64,000 nt of DNA. Origin: Paraspadella gotoi. Its lineage: Eukaryota > Animalia > Chaetognatha. A model generated the notes under the pieces. It was not told the origin of the DNA and did no database searches. It was given only the letters and a program-made list of their open reading frames with translations. Within the stretch, counting starts at the first letter, position 1. Each line of letters starts with the position of its first letter. Shown piece by piece: positions 1-10,744 of this stretch. Made by a program: the position numbers and the translations under genes. The DNA lies in the NCBI GenBank assembly GCA_051294375.1, contig CM119269.1, positions 7,933,225-7,997,224 of the forward strand, in the 5' to 3' direction.

Positions 1-2975
1 AGTCGCGGAAAGACGGTTCACGTCTCAATCAGCGCCGCTGAATTCGTCCCCGTCGACGTCCTACGCAACGAAGACGCTGACGACGCCGCGACCGATTCGC
101 CCGCAAAAACCAAAATCCGCGACCTCCTCAATCCCCACGGTCGTCCCATTAAGATCGTGGAGAGAGCGGACGAGGTTGCGCTCGATGGGCTCGACGAAAT
201 TATGGCGGAGCAAGGTGGGAATTTGTGGGAGGGCAAAGAAACCAAAGACGGCAGCTTTAGCTCTGTAAAAAGCTTCCCGATGATTTTCGATTTTCTACAT
301 TTACAGAATTAGAGACGCTGTTCATTCAAGCCACTCGCGCCCGTCGCCTGGGCGTCACAGGCGATTCGCCCCATCACCCTTCCAGCGACGCCATCTACCG
401 CATCCGACTCTCGCATAGCGACGCCGGTCGCAAATTGCGCGTGGTGGGTCGCCTCGACGTCGTCGACCTCGCGGGAATCCGCGCTGACCCGAATGGAAAC
501 CGCGCCGCCGCCAACGCGCTCGGCGCTGTCGTCGCCACGCTCGGAAATCAGGCGCAAAAGGGAAGGCGGGCGCCGTACAAGGATTCATTTTTGACGCACG
601 CACTGAGCGACGCCTTCGGAGGAAACTCCAGAACTGTGGTAAGGTAGCTGTAGCCGTAGGAGATCAAAGGAGGAAGTATGCAAAAGGGAATGTAAATGTA
701 AACTCTCCCGCGACTTTCCCCGAAGGTTTTTGTCGCCCTGGCTCCCAGTAACAAGGCCGTCGAGGAGATCAAGGCATCGATGAGGTTGGCCAATTTCGCC
801 AAAAACGTCGTAAACCAACCGATCGTCAACGTGGACCAAACGGAGAAAACCATTGATGATCTCAGGTCAAGAGTTGAACCAATGAACTATATGAAACGAT
901 TATTTAAAACTGGACGAAAACGCAGAAATGAAATACTGCGGCGGAGGGACGAGCTTTCCGACGATCACTCGCCGCAACTGAAAACGAGAGAGATTCGTGA
1001 CATGGAGAGGCTCGTGGAAGAATTGCGTCTCGCCAAAAGGACCTCGCTCGACGAGAGGCGGAGACGCTCAGCGGAGGCGGCGAGAGAACGGATCAAGAAT
1101 TTGGCGGCTCTGGGAATGCTGGATTATGTCTTGAGAGGAAGAAAGGGTCAATTAAGGTAAGAATTATTAAGACCCGACGCCAAAAGAGAAATTATCCGGA
1201 AGGTCGTTGCAAGATATTAAGCAGTTGAGAGTTGTAAAAAAAAACTTAACTAGTAACGACTACAGAGTAGTCCTAAGTTTTGAGTTTCAGTTTGAGATAC
1301 TATAATTAAGCCTGCGTAGCTAAAAAAAAGTATTGATAAATACTTATTTTGACTACAGCGAACAACTGGAGGCACGTGTGACTTCCGCCCGAGCAACACG
1401 CGATCTTCTGGCATCGCAGTTTCGCGAACAGCGGAAGAAAGTCGAGGCCGTCAAGGAAGAGCTCGACAAAAAGACAGAAGAATACGGCGCTGCGGTCGCC
1501 GGCGAAGAAGTGGATGATGACGCTATCAAACATCTCGTCGAGGAGATTCACAGCCTCAAAGCGACGAAAGAAAGGGCGGCCGAAGAATTGCGTCGCTTGA
1601 AGGAGGAAAGGCGGAAAGCGCAGGTGTATAAAGAATTGGAGGTTGCTTTATGAAATTGGTACAACCAATATAAAAATTATCAATCCATTTAATAAATAAG
1701 CTATCTTGCCCCTGACTTTGGACAGGCTTTGGTGGTTTAAGGCCTCCATTATTCTTACAAGATAATGACATAGCAGGTCTCTGCAAGCTTTCAATCAACA
1801 CTGTCTCGTATATTCACTCCGAGAGAACCTGGCTTCCTTATCAATGAAGTGGTATTTGAGAGAGAGAAAAAAACTTGGGAACCCTAATTTATCTAAATCG
1901 CTAGTCGTGATATTTAATCATGATTTATCTCTCTGACTCTCATATATGGAGTGATGGAGGCCTTAAACCACCAAAGCCTGTCCAAAATCAGGCGGCAAGA
2001 TTTAAATGAATGGATAATTTTTATATTGGTTGTGCCAATTTCATAAATCCGTCCGTTTTCGTACAGGAAGACGAGCGCGGCTGTCGGGAGGAGGCGCGTT
2101 TCCACAGCAACGAGATGCTGGAAAAAGTTCCGGAAATTCTCCTGCGATCCGAGAAAGAGGAGAGGAAACGACTGGCGAGAGAAAACAAAGAAGAACTGGC
2201 GAAGAAAAGGGAGGATCTGCGAGAACAGACGGAGAAGAAAAAGGCGGAAATGCGTGAGGAAAAGTTGAGCGAAGAAACTGTTCGATTACGGACAGAGTTG
2301 CTCGACATTCAGAGCGAAGCCGTCCTCGCTAAACTTGAGGCGTCTTGTCTGCGGGAAGAGAAGGACCTTATCGAGACACACCTTTGCGGGGGTGAGGATT
2401 TCTTTCTGTACCGAGATTGAGGATGTTGTCTCTCGTAATTCTTTTGTCCGCAGGTCTCAAAAGACATTCTAATCAACTGTTAGAGCTTTCCACTCGTCAC
2501 GCGCAAATATTTCGAGAATACAGACAAGCCTGCGAAAATCAAAAGGTGAAACTGAAACCGATAGTCTGAGAACCAACTTTGTGAGCGACAGAACCAGTTC
2601 CATTTTTTTTCAATGAGCGATAACATCTGTTAATGTTCTGTTAATTTCATCTAATTTTAACAATTTAATTTAATATGTTTCAAATCTAATGAAGTTATGA
2701 CCTAAACTTGCTTATTCGAACTAGGTAAAAAGTATCAAACTAAATATTTATAAAATTAGAAGAAAAACTTCTACAAATTTATATCTTTTCTTATTCTTAA
2801 ATTTAAAACCAACCTAAATTAATTTAATTTCATCTTTCTCCGTCTTCAGATGGCTGTGGATCGTCGGTATCGGGAAATTGTTGAGGAGGCGATTCAAGAC
2901 GCCATCTTTCTTTCTGCCAGGAATTCGGAACTGAAGAGAGAAAACAACGAATTGATACGAAAATTGAAAAGTTAG
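1..2975 (+). CDS. Kinesin-like protein (5'-partial, multi-exon): C-terminal half of motor domain, neck and coiled-coil tail
   Basis: GT-AG exons about <1-214, 307-638, 726-865, 927-1156, 1359-1623, 2067-2391, 2454-2545, 2850-2975(TAG). Kinesin motifs IRDLLNP, LDVVDLAG, PYKDSFLTHALSDAFGGNSRT (cf. PYRDSKLTxLLxDSLGGNSKT) and EEIKASMRLANFAKNVVNQPIVN (cf. EETLSTLRYANRAKNIxNxPxVN), then a heptad-rich tail. Confidence 0.85.
1646..2047. mobile_element. Inverted pair of interspersed repeat family A (one-end-truncated, retro-like) in a kinesin intron
   Basis: 1646-1852 (tttatgaaattggtacaaccaatata...ggctttggtggtttaaggcctcc...) is partly reverse-complemented at 1947-2047. The same sequence recurs at ~9180, 19193-19379, ~21598-21637, ~41598-41650 and, degenerate, ~29937-30123. 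Confidence 0.7.
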
Positions 2976-4185
2976 AAAAAAAACCTTCTGATCTGAGAAT
3001 CGGCTAATTTATAAATAAATTATCATGGAATGATTGGAATTATTAAATAACTATTTAGTATATGCGGTAATTTAAACGGCCTATTTGGATGGCAATTGTG
3101 ATAAAGAGCGATAAAATATTCGAATCCATTGTATTCGACACACTTTTAAAAGGCGGTCTACAGTTTGCGATTATAAGGGGAAAAACTGTAGAAAATATTA
3201 GTGTCCGAAAAAAACCAACCAAAAATCTAAAGTTTGAAAGACGTTGAATTTTTTCGGACACGCAATATCTAGCACCAACAAACATATCTTAAAAGCGCAA
3301 AAACATTTAAATGAGACACGATTTTTAATTTTTTTGCAGCCTGAAACAAAAAAGGCATTGTAAGTGTAAAATCCCGATCCCCCAAAAAGCTCGTGCTCGT
3401 TTTATAGTCCACTCGCATCGATATGACTGGTAAAAGTCAACCGGAAGGCAATTGCAATATTCTTCGACTCGTGTCATGCTGCTAATTATAATTCTTAGTT
3501 TGTTTTTTTATCTACAAACTGACACTAAACGGATTGTCTTAAGGGAATAAATTAATTTTATTAGTTTACCCTCAGATGAAAAAATAAAGAACTGCAGGAA
3601 ATTTTTTTTGTTTTAAAAATTCTAAAAATTCTTAAAACAGGGCGTTTGAGAGCAAACCAACTTCCACTAACGAATATTGTATGGTGAGAGAGTAGCAAAA
3701 TTACTTAATTACGAACATATCTGTGCAGTAGGATTTTGTGTCGTCGTTTTTCATTGACCGCTAATTATAATTCAGATGTACCCTAACCGTCCCAGTTTGA
3801 AAACATCGTCCAATCTAAAACAGAAAAATTGAAAAATTTCTGATTTCGATGATTATTCGTTCACTAATAAGTGCGCTTCCCCAGAAGAAAAAAAACCCAT
3901 TACAAACAATCTACTACTGTACAGACGGATTATTATTAATACTAAACAGCATTAATCATGCGGCAAATAGATACGGTGCGAATCTTCGTCAGTTTTCAGT
4001 TTCCGTGGAGGTAATAGGCGGAGAATGTCGACCCACTGACCCTCCAGCCATTGAGCCGCTTGACAAAAAGAAAACAGCGAAGCTCCTTGTCTCTTTCCAC
4101 CCGGATCAACCTTTGACATCCCCTTCCGTGAGTCATTTTCCCCCACTTGCACGTCGACGGAGAGAACCGCCAATATTTCTTCTTT

Positions 4186-5577
4186 TCAACTTCCTCTCCT
4201 TTCGAGAGAAGAGATTTGATCTTGGATCTCCTTGACCGCCGTCTTCCTGGCCAAGCGGACGTCGTCTTTGCCTTCCGTCTCCACGTTGTCGAGTTTGATC
4301 AACTGTCGCATGAGCATCTCTTCCAGATAGAGATATTGCTTGTCTCCCTTTGGGCCGTCAAAGGCGGCCACCGCCTCCGCCAATTCCCGCGTCCCGCTCC
4401 TCACCGCTTCGATCTTCTCCATAGGCGTCGGTGGTGACGGTGGAGGCGGCGCCGGCTTGGCGGTTTCCGTCTCGCCGGGCGGCACGGTCGGCGTTTCGTC
4501 GTCGTCGACTTTCGGCGCCGGAGCTTCTTCCTCGATCTTCTCGCTTCGAACGACTTTGGCGGGGAGCGGGATCGGGACGCTGGGATCGCGAGGAGGTGAG
4601 GACGTCGGAGGCGGAGGGGGCGGCGCCTCGCGTTCCACGGCGATGGATGGCTGCGTCGGGAGGGAAGTTTGCTTGGGAAGCGCGTGATCCTGCGGCGACG
4701 CCGTCTTCTCTCTGTCGCCGGAGCCAGGTCCGCCGAAGCCCGTCCCGATGAAGCCCGCCCCGCCGCTCGGCAAACGAGCTTCCGTCGTCGTTGTCGGCGG
4801 GGCCGCCGAATAGCTCCGCGAAAACGGCGTTTGGGCACCGTTGGAGGGTTCTGCGGGTTTAGCGCCGGCTGCTCCAGTGGAAGCAGCATTCGTCGCCCGC
4901 ATCACTTTAATAGGAATCTCTCGCGTCCTTTCTTTGGCCGGTCGCGAGCCGGAAGAGGCCGCGCCCACTTCCGGCGACATCCGAGGCGGGTTGGGCGAGA
5001 CCGGGCGTCCCTGAAAGGTCGATGCGAGACGATCGGCGAAGGGCGCTCCGTGACCAAAGTTGGAGGGCGGGAACATGGAGGAAAAGAATTGATCCGCGGT
5101 GCCGAAGCCGGGCATGTCGTCGAACGTGGCGCGACGCTGAGATCCAGGCACGAATGACCGGGAAGAGGCGAATCCTGGGGGTTAATGAAAGGATTTAATT
5201 ACATGGTGAACCAATCGAAACCAAACGGACACACCCACCCATCTACTTCCGGAGCTAAGAATCTCACCCGGTTGTTGAGGCGAAGCGTCTCTGCTCTGCT
5301 GAGAGGCGAATGAGGGGGCGTTTTGTCGCGGAGGTTGTCCGGCGGCGTTGTTGGCGGTGGCGGCGTCGTAGCCCGGAGGTTGCAACCGGCTGGATCCTCG
5401 TGGATCGTTCCACGAAGTGTTTTTGGTGTTGTGATCGATGAAGAAGGGCCAACCCGTCGCCGAATCGAAACGCATTTCCCAACCGGGCGGGAGAGGGTCG
5501 TCGTTTTGCACGGAGATTCGCGGATACGTGGCGCCCGATTGATGAGGCATTGAATGTTGCGTATTGTAGTACGACAT
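4186..5577 (-). CDS. BAG3: BAG family molecular chaperone regulator, BAG3-like (WW + IPV-like/PxxP + C-terminal BAG domain)
   Basis: Exon 1 5577-5268 encodes the WW domain ([10 protein letters not shown]...[18 protein letters not shown]). GTGAG...CAG intron 5267-5175. Exon 2 5174-4186 has REIPIKV, proline-rich tracts and the BAG domain ([47 protein letters not shown]). Confidence 0.88.
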
Positions 5578-5690
5578 GATTTTTTAAACGTTTGACGCAC
5601 GAGATAAATAATGAATTTAATCCTCGTCAAACGCGTCTTAAATCGACCACGCTTTTTCGGGACGTTACGCGAAAGACTATGACGTGAACT

Positions 5691-5741
5691 AGAAGGCTCT
5701 CGACATTTCCTCTCGCCGAAATTTCAGTGATTTTCTAGAAG
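5691..5741. promoter_or_regulatory. Cluster of heat-shock elements (alternating nGAAn/nTTCn) upstream of the BAG3-like gene
   Basis: aGAAg-gCTCt-cGACa-tTTCc (5691-5710), cGAAa-tTTCa (5717-5726) and tTTCt-aGAAg (5732-5741), 115-165 bp upstream of the ATG. Confidence 0.6.
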
Positions 5742-6850
5742 AAACTGGAGATCCTTGTCAGAGGGCGGCACCGACTGTGAAGAAACTATGAACGACAAAT
5801 GAGCATCGAGCATCGATTGAAACTAATTTTTAATATGTAGATTTGGATATAACTAAACATTTTTTTTTATTTTTGGAAATTGACTATGTCGTATGTGCAA
5901 TTATGCAATATAAAAAAATTGCGAAGTGAATTACCTAATGTAAGCCAATTTAGATAGTCAAAACTTTGTCAATCTTCTTCTGAATTAATTTTTATAAATT
6001 TCTTAGTAGTTTTCTTCAATGATTTAATTTTAAGAACACAAATACAAAATAAAGTACTCCTGTTGTTAAAATAGATCGCTAATTTAAGATTAGAAGCTCA
6101 TTCAGGGAAAATCATATTTTACTCAGCCTTTAGCCTGAGAATGAATGATGAATTGATTAATAGGATCGGTTGATGAATTGTTTGATTGATTTATTGATTG
6201 ATTGATTACCTCCTTTCGATCCCGTTTTCAACAGGGTCAGCAAAAATAATAATGATGGCTTAAACTTAAATTAAAGGGACTTAAACATTGCAGGGACTTT
6301 TATGATGATTGTGGTGTTGATTAATATGATGATGATGAAGTAATTAAATGAGTGAGAACTGTAGTTAATAAAAACTTAATATGATTACCTTTCAAGAGGT
6401 TTAATATTTAAAGGAATTCTGTCAGTAAAGAGTTCTCGCGCTCTCAAAATTCCCCTTGCAGTGGCTCGTCGACGGTGAGTCTCGTCGAAAAGATCAGGGA
6501 AGATTTCCAAGAATATGAATACGAAGTTTTTCCCCATTCCAGCTATTATACTTATCTTACTCGAATAATACCAAAAGAGTATTCGAAAAATTGATTGTTC
6601 ATCTTGAGAAAAGTAAAATCAGAAAGTCTAAAACATTCTGCGTGTGTTCCTGATATTCTGAGTACATTTTGAAAGATAAAATGTCGCTTTCTGAGCTCAT
6701 TCTCAACGTTTTCTTCGTCACTTTAAAGAAAGGGAGGTAATTTTTTCATTTTCCGGCTCTTCAGTTCTGATGGGACTAAAAAATAAATGTGACCTTTCAT
6801 GTTTCGTATCATGAGATGTTTAAACGTATGATTTTTATATCTGTTATTTC

Positions 6851-6853
<3 letters not shown>

Positions 6854-6905
<52 letters not shown>
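6854..6905. repeat. (GA)n microsatellite (one of many in the window)
   Basis: Perfect GA run. Similar GA/TC runs occur at ~27508, 33490, 42116, 44585, 56664, 57675 and 62108. Confidence 0.95.
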
Positions 6906-7522
6906 GCATCCAGAGGAATCACGATTTAATTTTTCAGACGAACTGAGTTAATTAGGTTAAAATGAGTTCATTCCTTTTTGTAGTGTATTTGAGTGTATTT
7001 TTTCCGATTTTACTATTGTCGTAGCTGTATTGTTTTTTTCAGCTCTAATTGCCGAGAATTATAACAGTAACAAACTTTTCCGCCTAATTTATATCTTATA
7101 AAGACTCTAGTTAAATACTATCTCTTGGAGTTGGAGTGTTACTTTCAGTACTCCGGCTCTTTCCGTATCTGCTCTGACATTTCCCTGTTTTCTGTGTCGC
7201 CTTCTGTTTAACACTGGTTTCAATTTTTGATTGTGCCAAAAGTAAAGACGAATTTTTCTGTTGTTCTTCTTGTTTTTTTTATTTATTTTTCAAATGTCTC
7301 AGTCTCATGTCCGCTCTTCGATTATTATCTCTAACCCGCATTCTTTATCGTCGACGAAAAGACAAACCATTTCTGTTTTATATATTCTTCATATTACATA
7401 GGTTCGTTAAGATCAAATTTTCCGCTATCTTTTACTTGGATAGTTTTTTGATTAGTTATATCCGTAAAAACAAAAGTCTCACAACCTGAAATGCGAAACT
7501 AAACAATACTAAACAACTCAGC

Positions 7523-8725
7523 ATGAAGAGGAAGCGTCACCCGGAAAACTCTGTCAAACGTTTTGGAAATTTCAAGTTGTACCTCATTTTGATTATTGCT
7601 GTAATAATGGCGATAGGACTTTACTACAAACGCACGAACATTCCGCAATTTTTTTACAAAGAAATCACAAAATTAATCGACGAAAACGTAACTTCGGTCG
7701 CCTGTCGAAACGATAGCACCGCCCCTGTCGGCGCGAAAAGGAAGAAGGTAATTTTGTTTTGGGTACCCTACTACAGTCTGACCTTCTACGGCTTCGGCCC
7801 CGGCCAAGAGGCCTTCGTCAACAATCGTTGCCCGGTAAGGAACTGCGTGACGACGTCCGACAGACGTCGGCTGCTTCAAGCCGACGCCATCGTCTTTCAC
7901 ATCCGCAATATCGGTCGAACTTCGAATTGGAAAAGCCTCGTCCGTTTTCTCGACGTCCCGCGACGCAAGTTTCCCAAGCAGAGATGGGTGTTCTTTCTCA
8001 AAGAGCCGCCTCCCTACACGGGACTGGCGCTCGCCCCGTTTCGCGGTTTGTTTAACTGGACCATGACTTACCTCAAGGACAGCGATTTCTACGCGCCCTA
8101 CGGGAAGACCTTCCGTAGAGAGACGCCTGATCCAAGCCCATTAGATTGGAGAGTCTATGCTAAACCCAACTCGCCGAGCACCGTAGCTTGGATGGTGTCT
8201 CATTGCTCGACGGCAAGTCACCGCGAAGACTACGTCAAGCAGCTCACCAAGTACATCCCCGTCGACATCTACGGCGGCTGCGGAGACCTCAAGTGTGATC
8301 GAAGGTCGGACCTCCAGTGCTTCGTCGAAGCCTCGAAAAAGTACAAATTTTACTTGTCCTTCGAAAATTCATTGTGCCAGGATTACGTGACGGAGAAACT
8401 GTGGAACATTCTCGCCAAAACGACGATGGTACCGATCGTGTTCGGCGGCGCCGATTATGAGGCCGACGCGCCTCCGAATTCTTTCATCGACGCTCGACGC
8501 TACTCGCCGGAAAAGTTGGCCGATTATCTCAAGCTGCTCGATTCTAACGACGATCTCTACTTGAAATATCACGAGTGGCGGAGAAAGTATTACGTCGTCT
8601 CGTATCCGAACGCAAACGACAACGACGCCTTTTGTCGACTCTGCGCTTCTTTGAACGACGAAAGTTTGACGCCAAAGTGGATTGAGGACATTAATGAATT
8701 TTGGAGCAAGGACAGATGCAGCTGA
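7523..8725 (+). CDS. Alpha-(1,3)-fucosyltransferase, glycosyltransferase family 10 (type II membrane, intronless)
   Basis: 400-aa ORF with an N-terminal TM segment (LYLILIIAVIMAIGLYY), ADAIVFH, FNWTMTY, VAWMVSHC and the GT10 signature YKFYLSFENSLCQDYVTEKLW...VPIVFGG. Confidence 0.95.
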   Translation: MKRKRHPENSVKRFGNFKLYLILIIAVIMAIGLYYKRTNIPQFFYKEITKLIDENVTSVACRNDSTAPVGAKRKKVILFWVPYYSLTFYGFGPGQEAFVNNRCPVRNCVTTSDRRRLLQADAIVFHIRNIGRTSNWKSLVRFLDVPRRKFPKQRWVFFLKEPPPYTGLALAPFRGLFNWTMTYLKDSDFYAPYGKTFRRETPDPSPLDWRVYAKPNSPSTVAWMVSHCSTASHREDYVKQLTKYIPVDIYGGCGDLKCDRRSDLQCFVEASKKYKFYLSFENSLCQDYVTEKLWNILAKTTMVPIVFGGADYEADAPPNSFIDARRYSPEKLADYLKLLDSNDDLYLKYHEWRRKYYVVSYPNANDNDAFCRLCASLNDESLTPKWIEDINEFWSKDRCS

Positions 8726-9518
8726 ACATGATTCAATTCTGTTATTATTGCTCTATTTTTTTTTGCATTACTGGTTCTTTTCAAATTTAGGCTTACATGT
8801 TAAAATTTTTATGTATTGGTTATTCGTTTTTATGTGAAAGCGGTTTTTTATGCAAAGGTATTATAAATCTATTGGTAATGTTGCTTAGTTATTTTAATTG
8901 CACAGCTGTTTATTTTTCATAAGGAAGTGGCACTCAATAGCGATGACCCTAAGCCTACATACGGGCATCGAATTAAAACAATCCGATATTTGGCTACTGG
9001 GGCTTTGGCATATCGAAAAGAGGTTAACTGTGAAAATGGCAGAAAGCGTGGACACTGACAAGAGAGGTAGTGATTTTTAATGATTCGTATCATTGTAGTT
9101 GTCGATCCGTTTTTGTCGAATTACATCAGCAATCGATAAACATTATGATTAAGTTTCGCATTAAAGCGAACTTCGTTTCTTTTATGAAATTGGTACAATA
9201 TAAAAATTATCCATTCTTTCCATCCATTCATATCCAATAATTTATTTTACTCATTCGATAAATGCTTCGCGATTTTTCAACAAAAGAACATCAAATGCGT
9301 GAGAGCGAAAAGAGAACGAAAGATCGCCGTAATTTGGTCTCGACTGGCTTGCAACTGTAATCTCTCGTTTTCACATGGTTTCGATGGCCAATTGGTAAAG
9401 TTATACATTCACCGTTTAGGATGTTCCCGTTCGGTTATTTTTTTTTTCTGATTCTTAATATTATGATCACAAACGTAATAAAAAAATCCTCGGGGGGGGG
9501 GGGAAAAGTTTTTCGAAT

Positions 9519-9657
9519 GTTACCCTAACCACCCTTAACAGTAACCAACCCTAACTACCCGTAAACCTACCTTACCCTAACCCTAACCACCCCTAATCAT
9601 CACCACCCCTACCCTTAACCACCCCGAACCCTAAATACCCTTAACCAAACCATACCC
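9519..9657. repeat. Degenerate (CCCTAA)n-like tract, probably inside an old element interrupted by the solo LTR
   Basis: Repeated accctaacc/cccttaacc variants directly left of the solo LTR. Confidence 0.5.
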
Positions 9658-9672
9658 CGGTTTGATATAAGG

Positions 9673-9892
9673 CGAAGAGACAGTGATAATTGTTATGTGT
9701 TAGTGACAGAACCGTTCAATATAAGCAGTCCCTGAGCTTCGGATCAGGCTGTAACACCATGTTACAGGCGGGTTAAGCGCCCCGTCCCTTTTAACTGCTA
9801 GGCGGCCACCGTGCTTTGGGTTGGGAGGCGAATGACTTGCCTCCGGCACCAATGGCCGCTGATGAACGGTTGGTGGATTATAGTCCACCATA
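9673..9892 (-). mobile_element. Solo LTR of the tRNA-containing mini LTR retroelement
   Basis: Reverse complement of the LTRs at 10092/10511, flanked by the 4-bp duplication AAGG (9669-9672 and 9893-9896). The T-arm/B-box region is partly deleted. Confidence 0.88.
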
Positions 9893-10091
9893 AAGGAATG
9901 ATATATAATATATAAATATATATAATGATATATGCGAATAAAAAAAAACCAACTGGTATATTTGACGGAAAGGATGTATCAAAATGCTTCATCACCCTGC
10001 TTACAAAAATCGTTAAAAGAATACAAATTTAAAATCAAGCAAAATCGTCATCTTTTTGATTTTGTTAATGTTATGGGCATATAACGAGGAG

Positions 10092-10744
10092 TATGGTGGA
10101 CTAAAATCCACCAACCGTTCATCCAGCGCCATTGGCGCCGGAGGCAAGTCATTCGCCTCCCAACCCAAAGGTTCGGGGTTCTAGCCCGGTGGTCGTCTGG
10201 CAGTTAAGAGGGATGGGGCGCTTAACCCACCTGTAACATGGTGTTACAGCCTGATCCGAAGCTCAGGGACTGCTTATATTTGAACGGTTCTGTCACTAAC
10301 AGATTACAATAATCACTGTCTCTTCATTGGTGAGCCCGACTTCCGAACACAACAGCAACAACACTTTCAGGCGACATGCCTCAACCTGGCGATGCACTTT
10401 CCGCCCACAACAGTTCAGGCGACATGCCTCAACTTGGTGACGAACTTTCCACCAACAACAACAATTCACTGAAGAGACGCAACAGACTTCTCCCTATTGG
10501 AGGGGGGATGTATGGTGGGCTAAAATCCACCAACCATTCATCAGCGGCCATTGGCGCCAGAGGCAAGTCATTCGCATCCCAACCCAAAGGTCCAGGGTTC
10601 TAGCCCGGTGGTCGTCTGGCAGTTAAGAGGGACGGGGCGCTTAACCCGCCTGTAACATGGTGTTACAGCCTGATCCGAAGCTCAGTGACTGCTTATATTG
10701 AACGGTTCTGTCACTAACAGATTACAATAATCACTGTCTCTTCA
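10092..10744 (+). mobile_element. Complete non-autonomous miniature LTR retrotransposon (TRIM-like) with a tRNA-like sequence in each LTR
   Basis: LTR1 10092-10326 and LTR2 10511-10744 are near-identical. TSD GGAG at 10088-10091 and 10745-10748. PBS TGGTGAGCCCGAC 10328-10340. PPT GGAGGGGGGA 10499-10508. 184-bp non-coding interior. Confidence 0.92.
10544..10615 (+). ncRNA. tRNA-derived (Gly-like) sequence with Pol III A/B boxes embedded in the LTR; not a functional tRNA
   Basis: 72 nt. Acceptor stem GCGGCCA/TGGTCGT, A-box-like TGGCGCCAGAGG, B-box-like GGTTCTAGCCC. The anticodon region ATTCGC(C/A)TCCCAA resembles tRNA-Gly(CCC), but the anticodon stem pairs poorly. A second copy lies in LTR1 (~10125-10197). 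Confidence 0.65.

Noticed and set aside
10225-10326. Hammerhead ribozyme (retrozyme) in the LTR
   Set aside because: Hairpins are present (ctgtaaca-tgg-tgttacag; cctga...tcagg), but no CUGAnGA...GAAA core was found on either strand.
10544-10615. Functional tRNA gene or classical SINE
   Set aside because: The anticodon stem does not pair, there is no T-run terminator or A-tail, and it sits inside LTRs with PBS/PPT and 4-bp TSDs.
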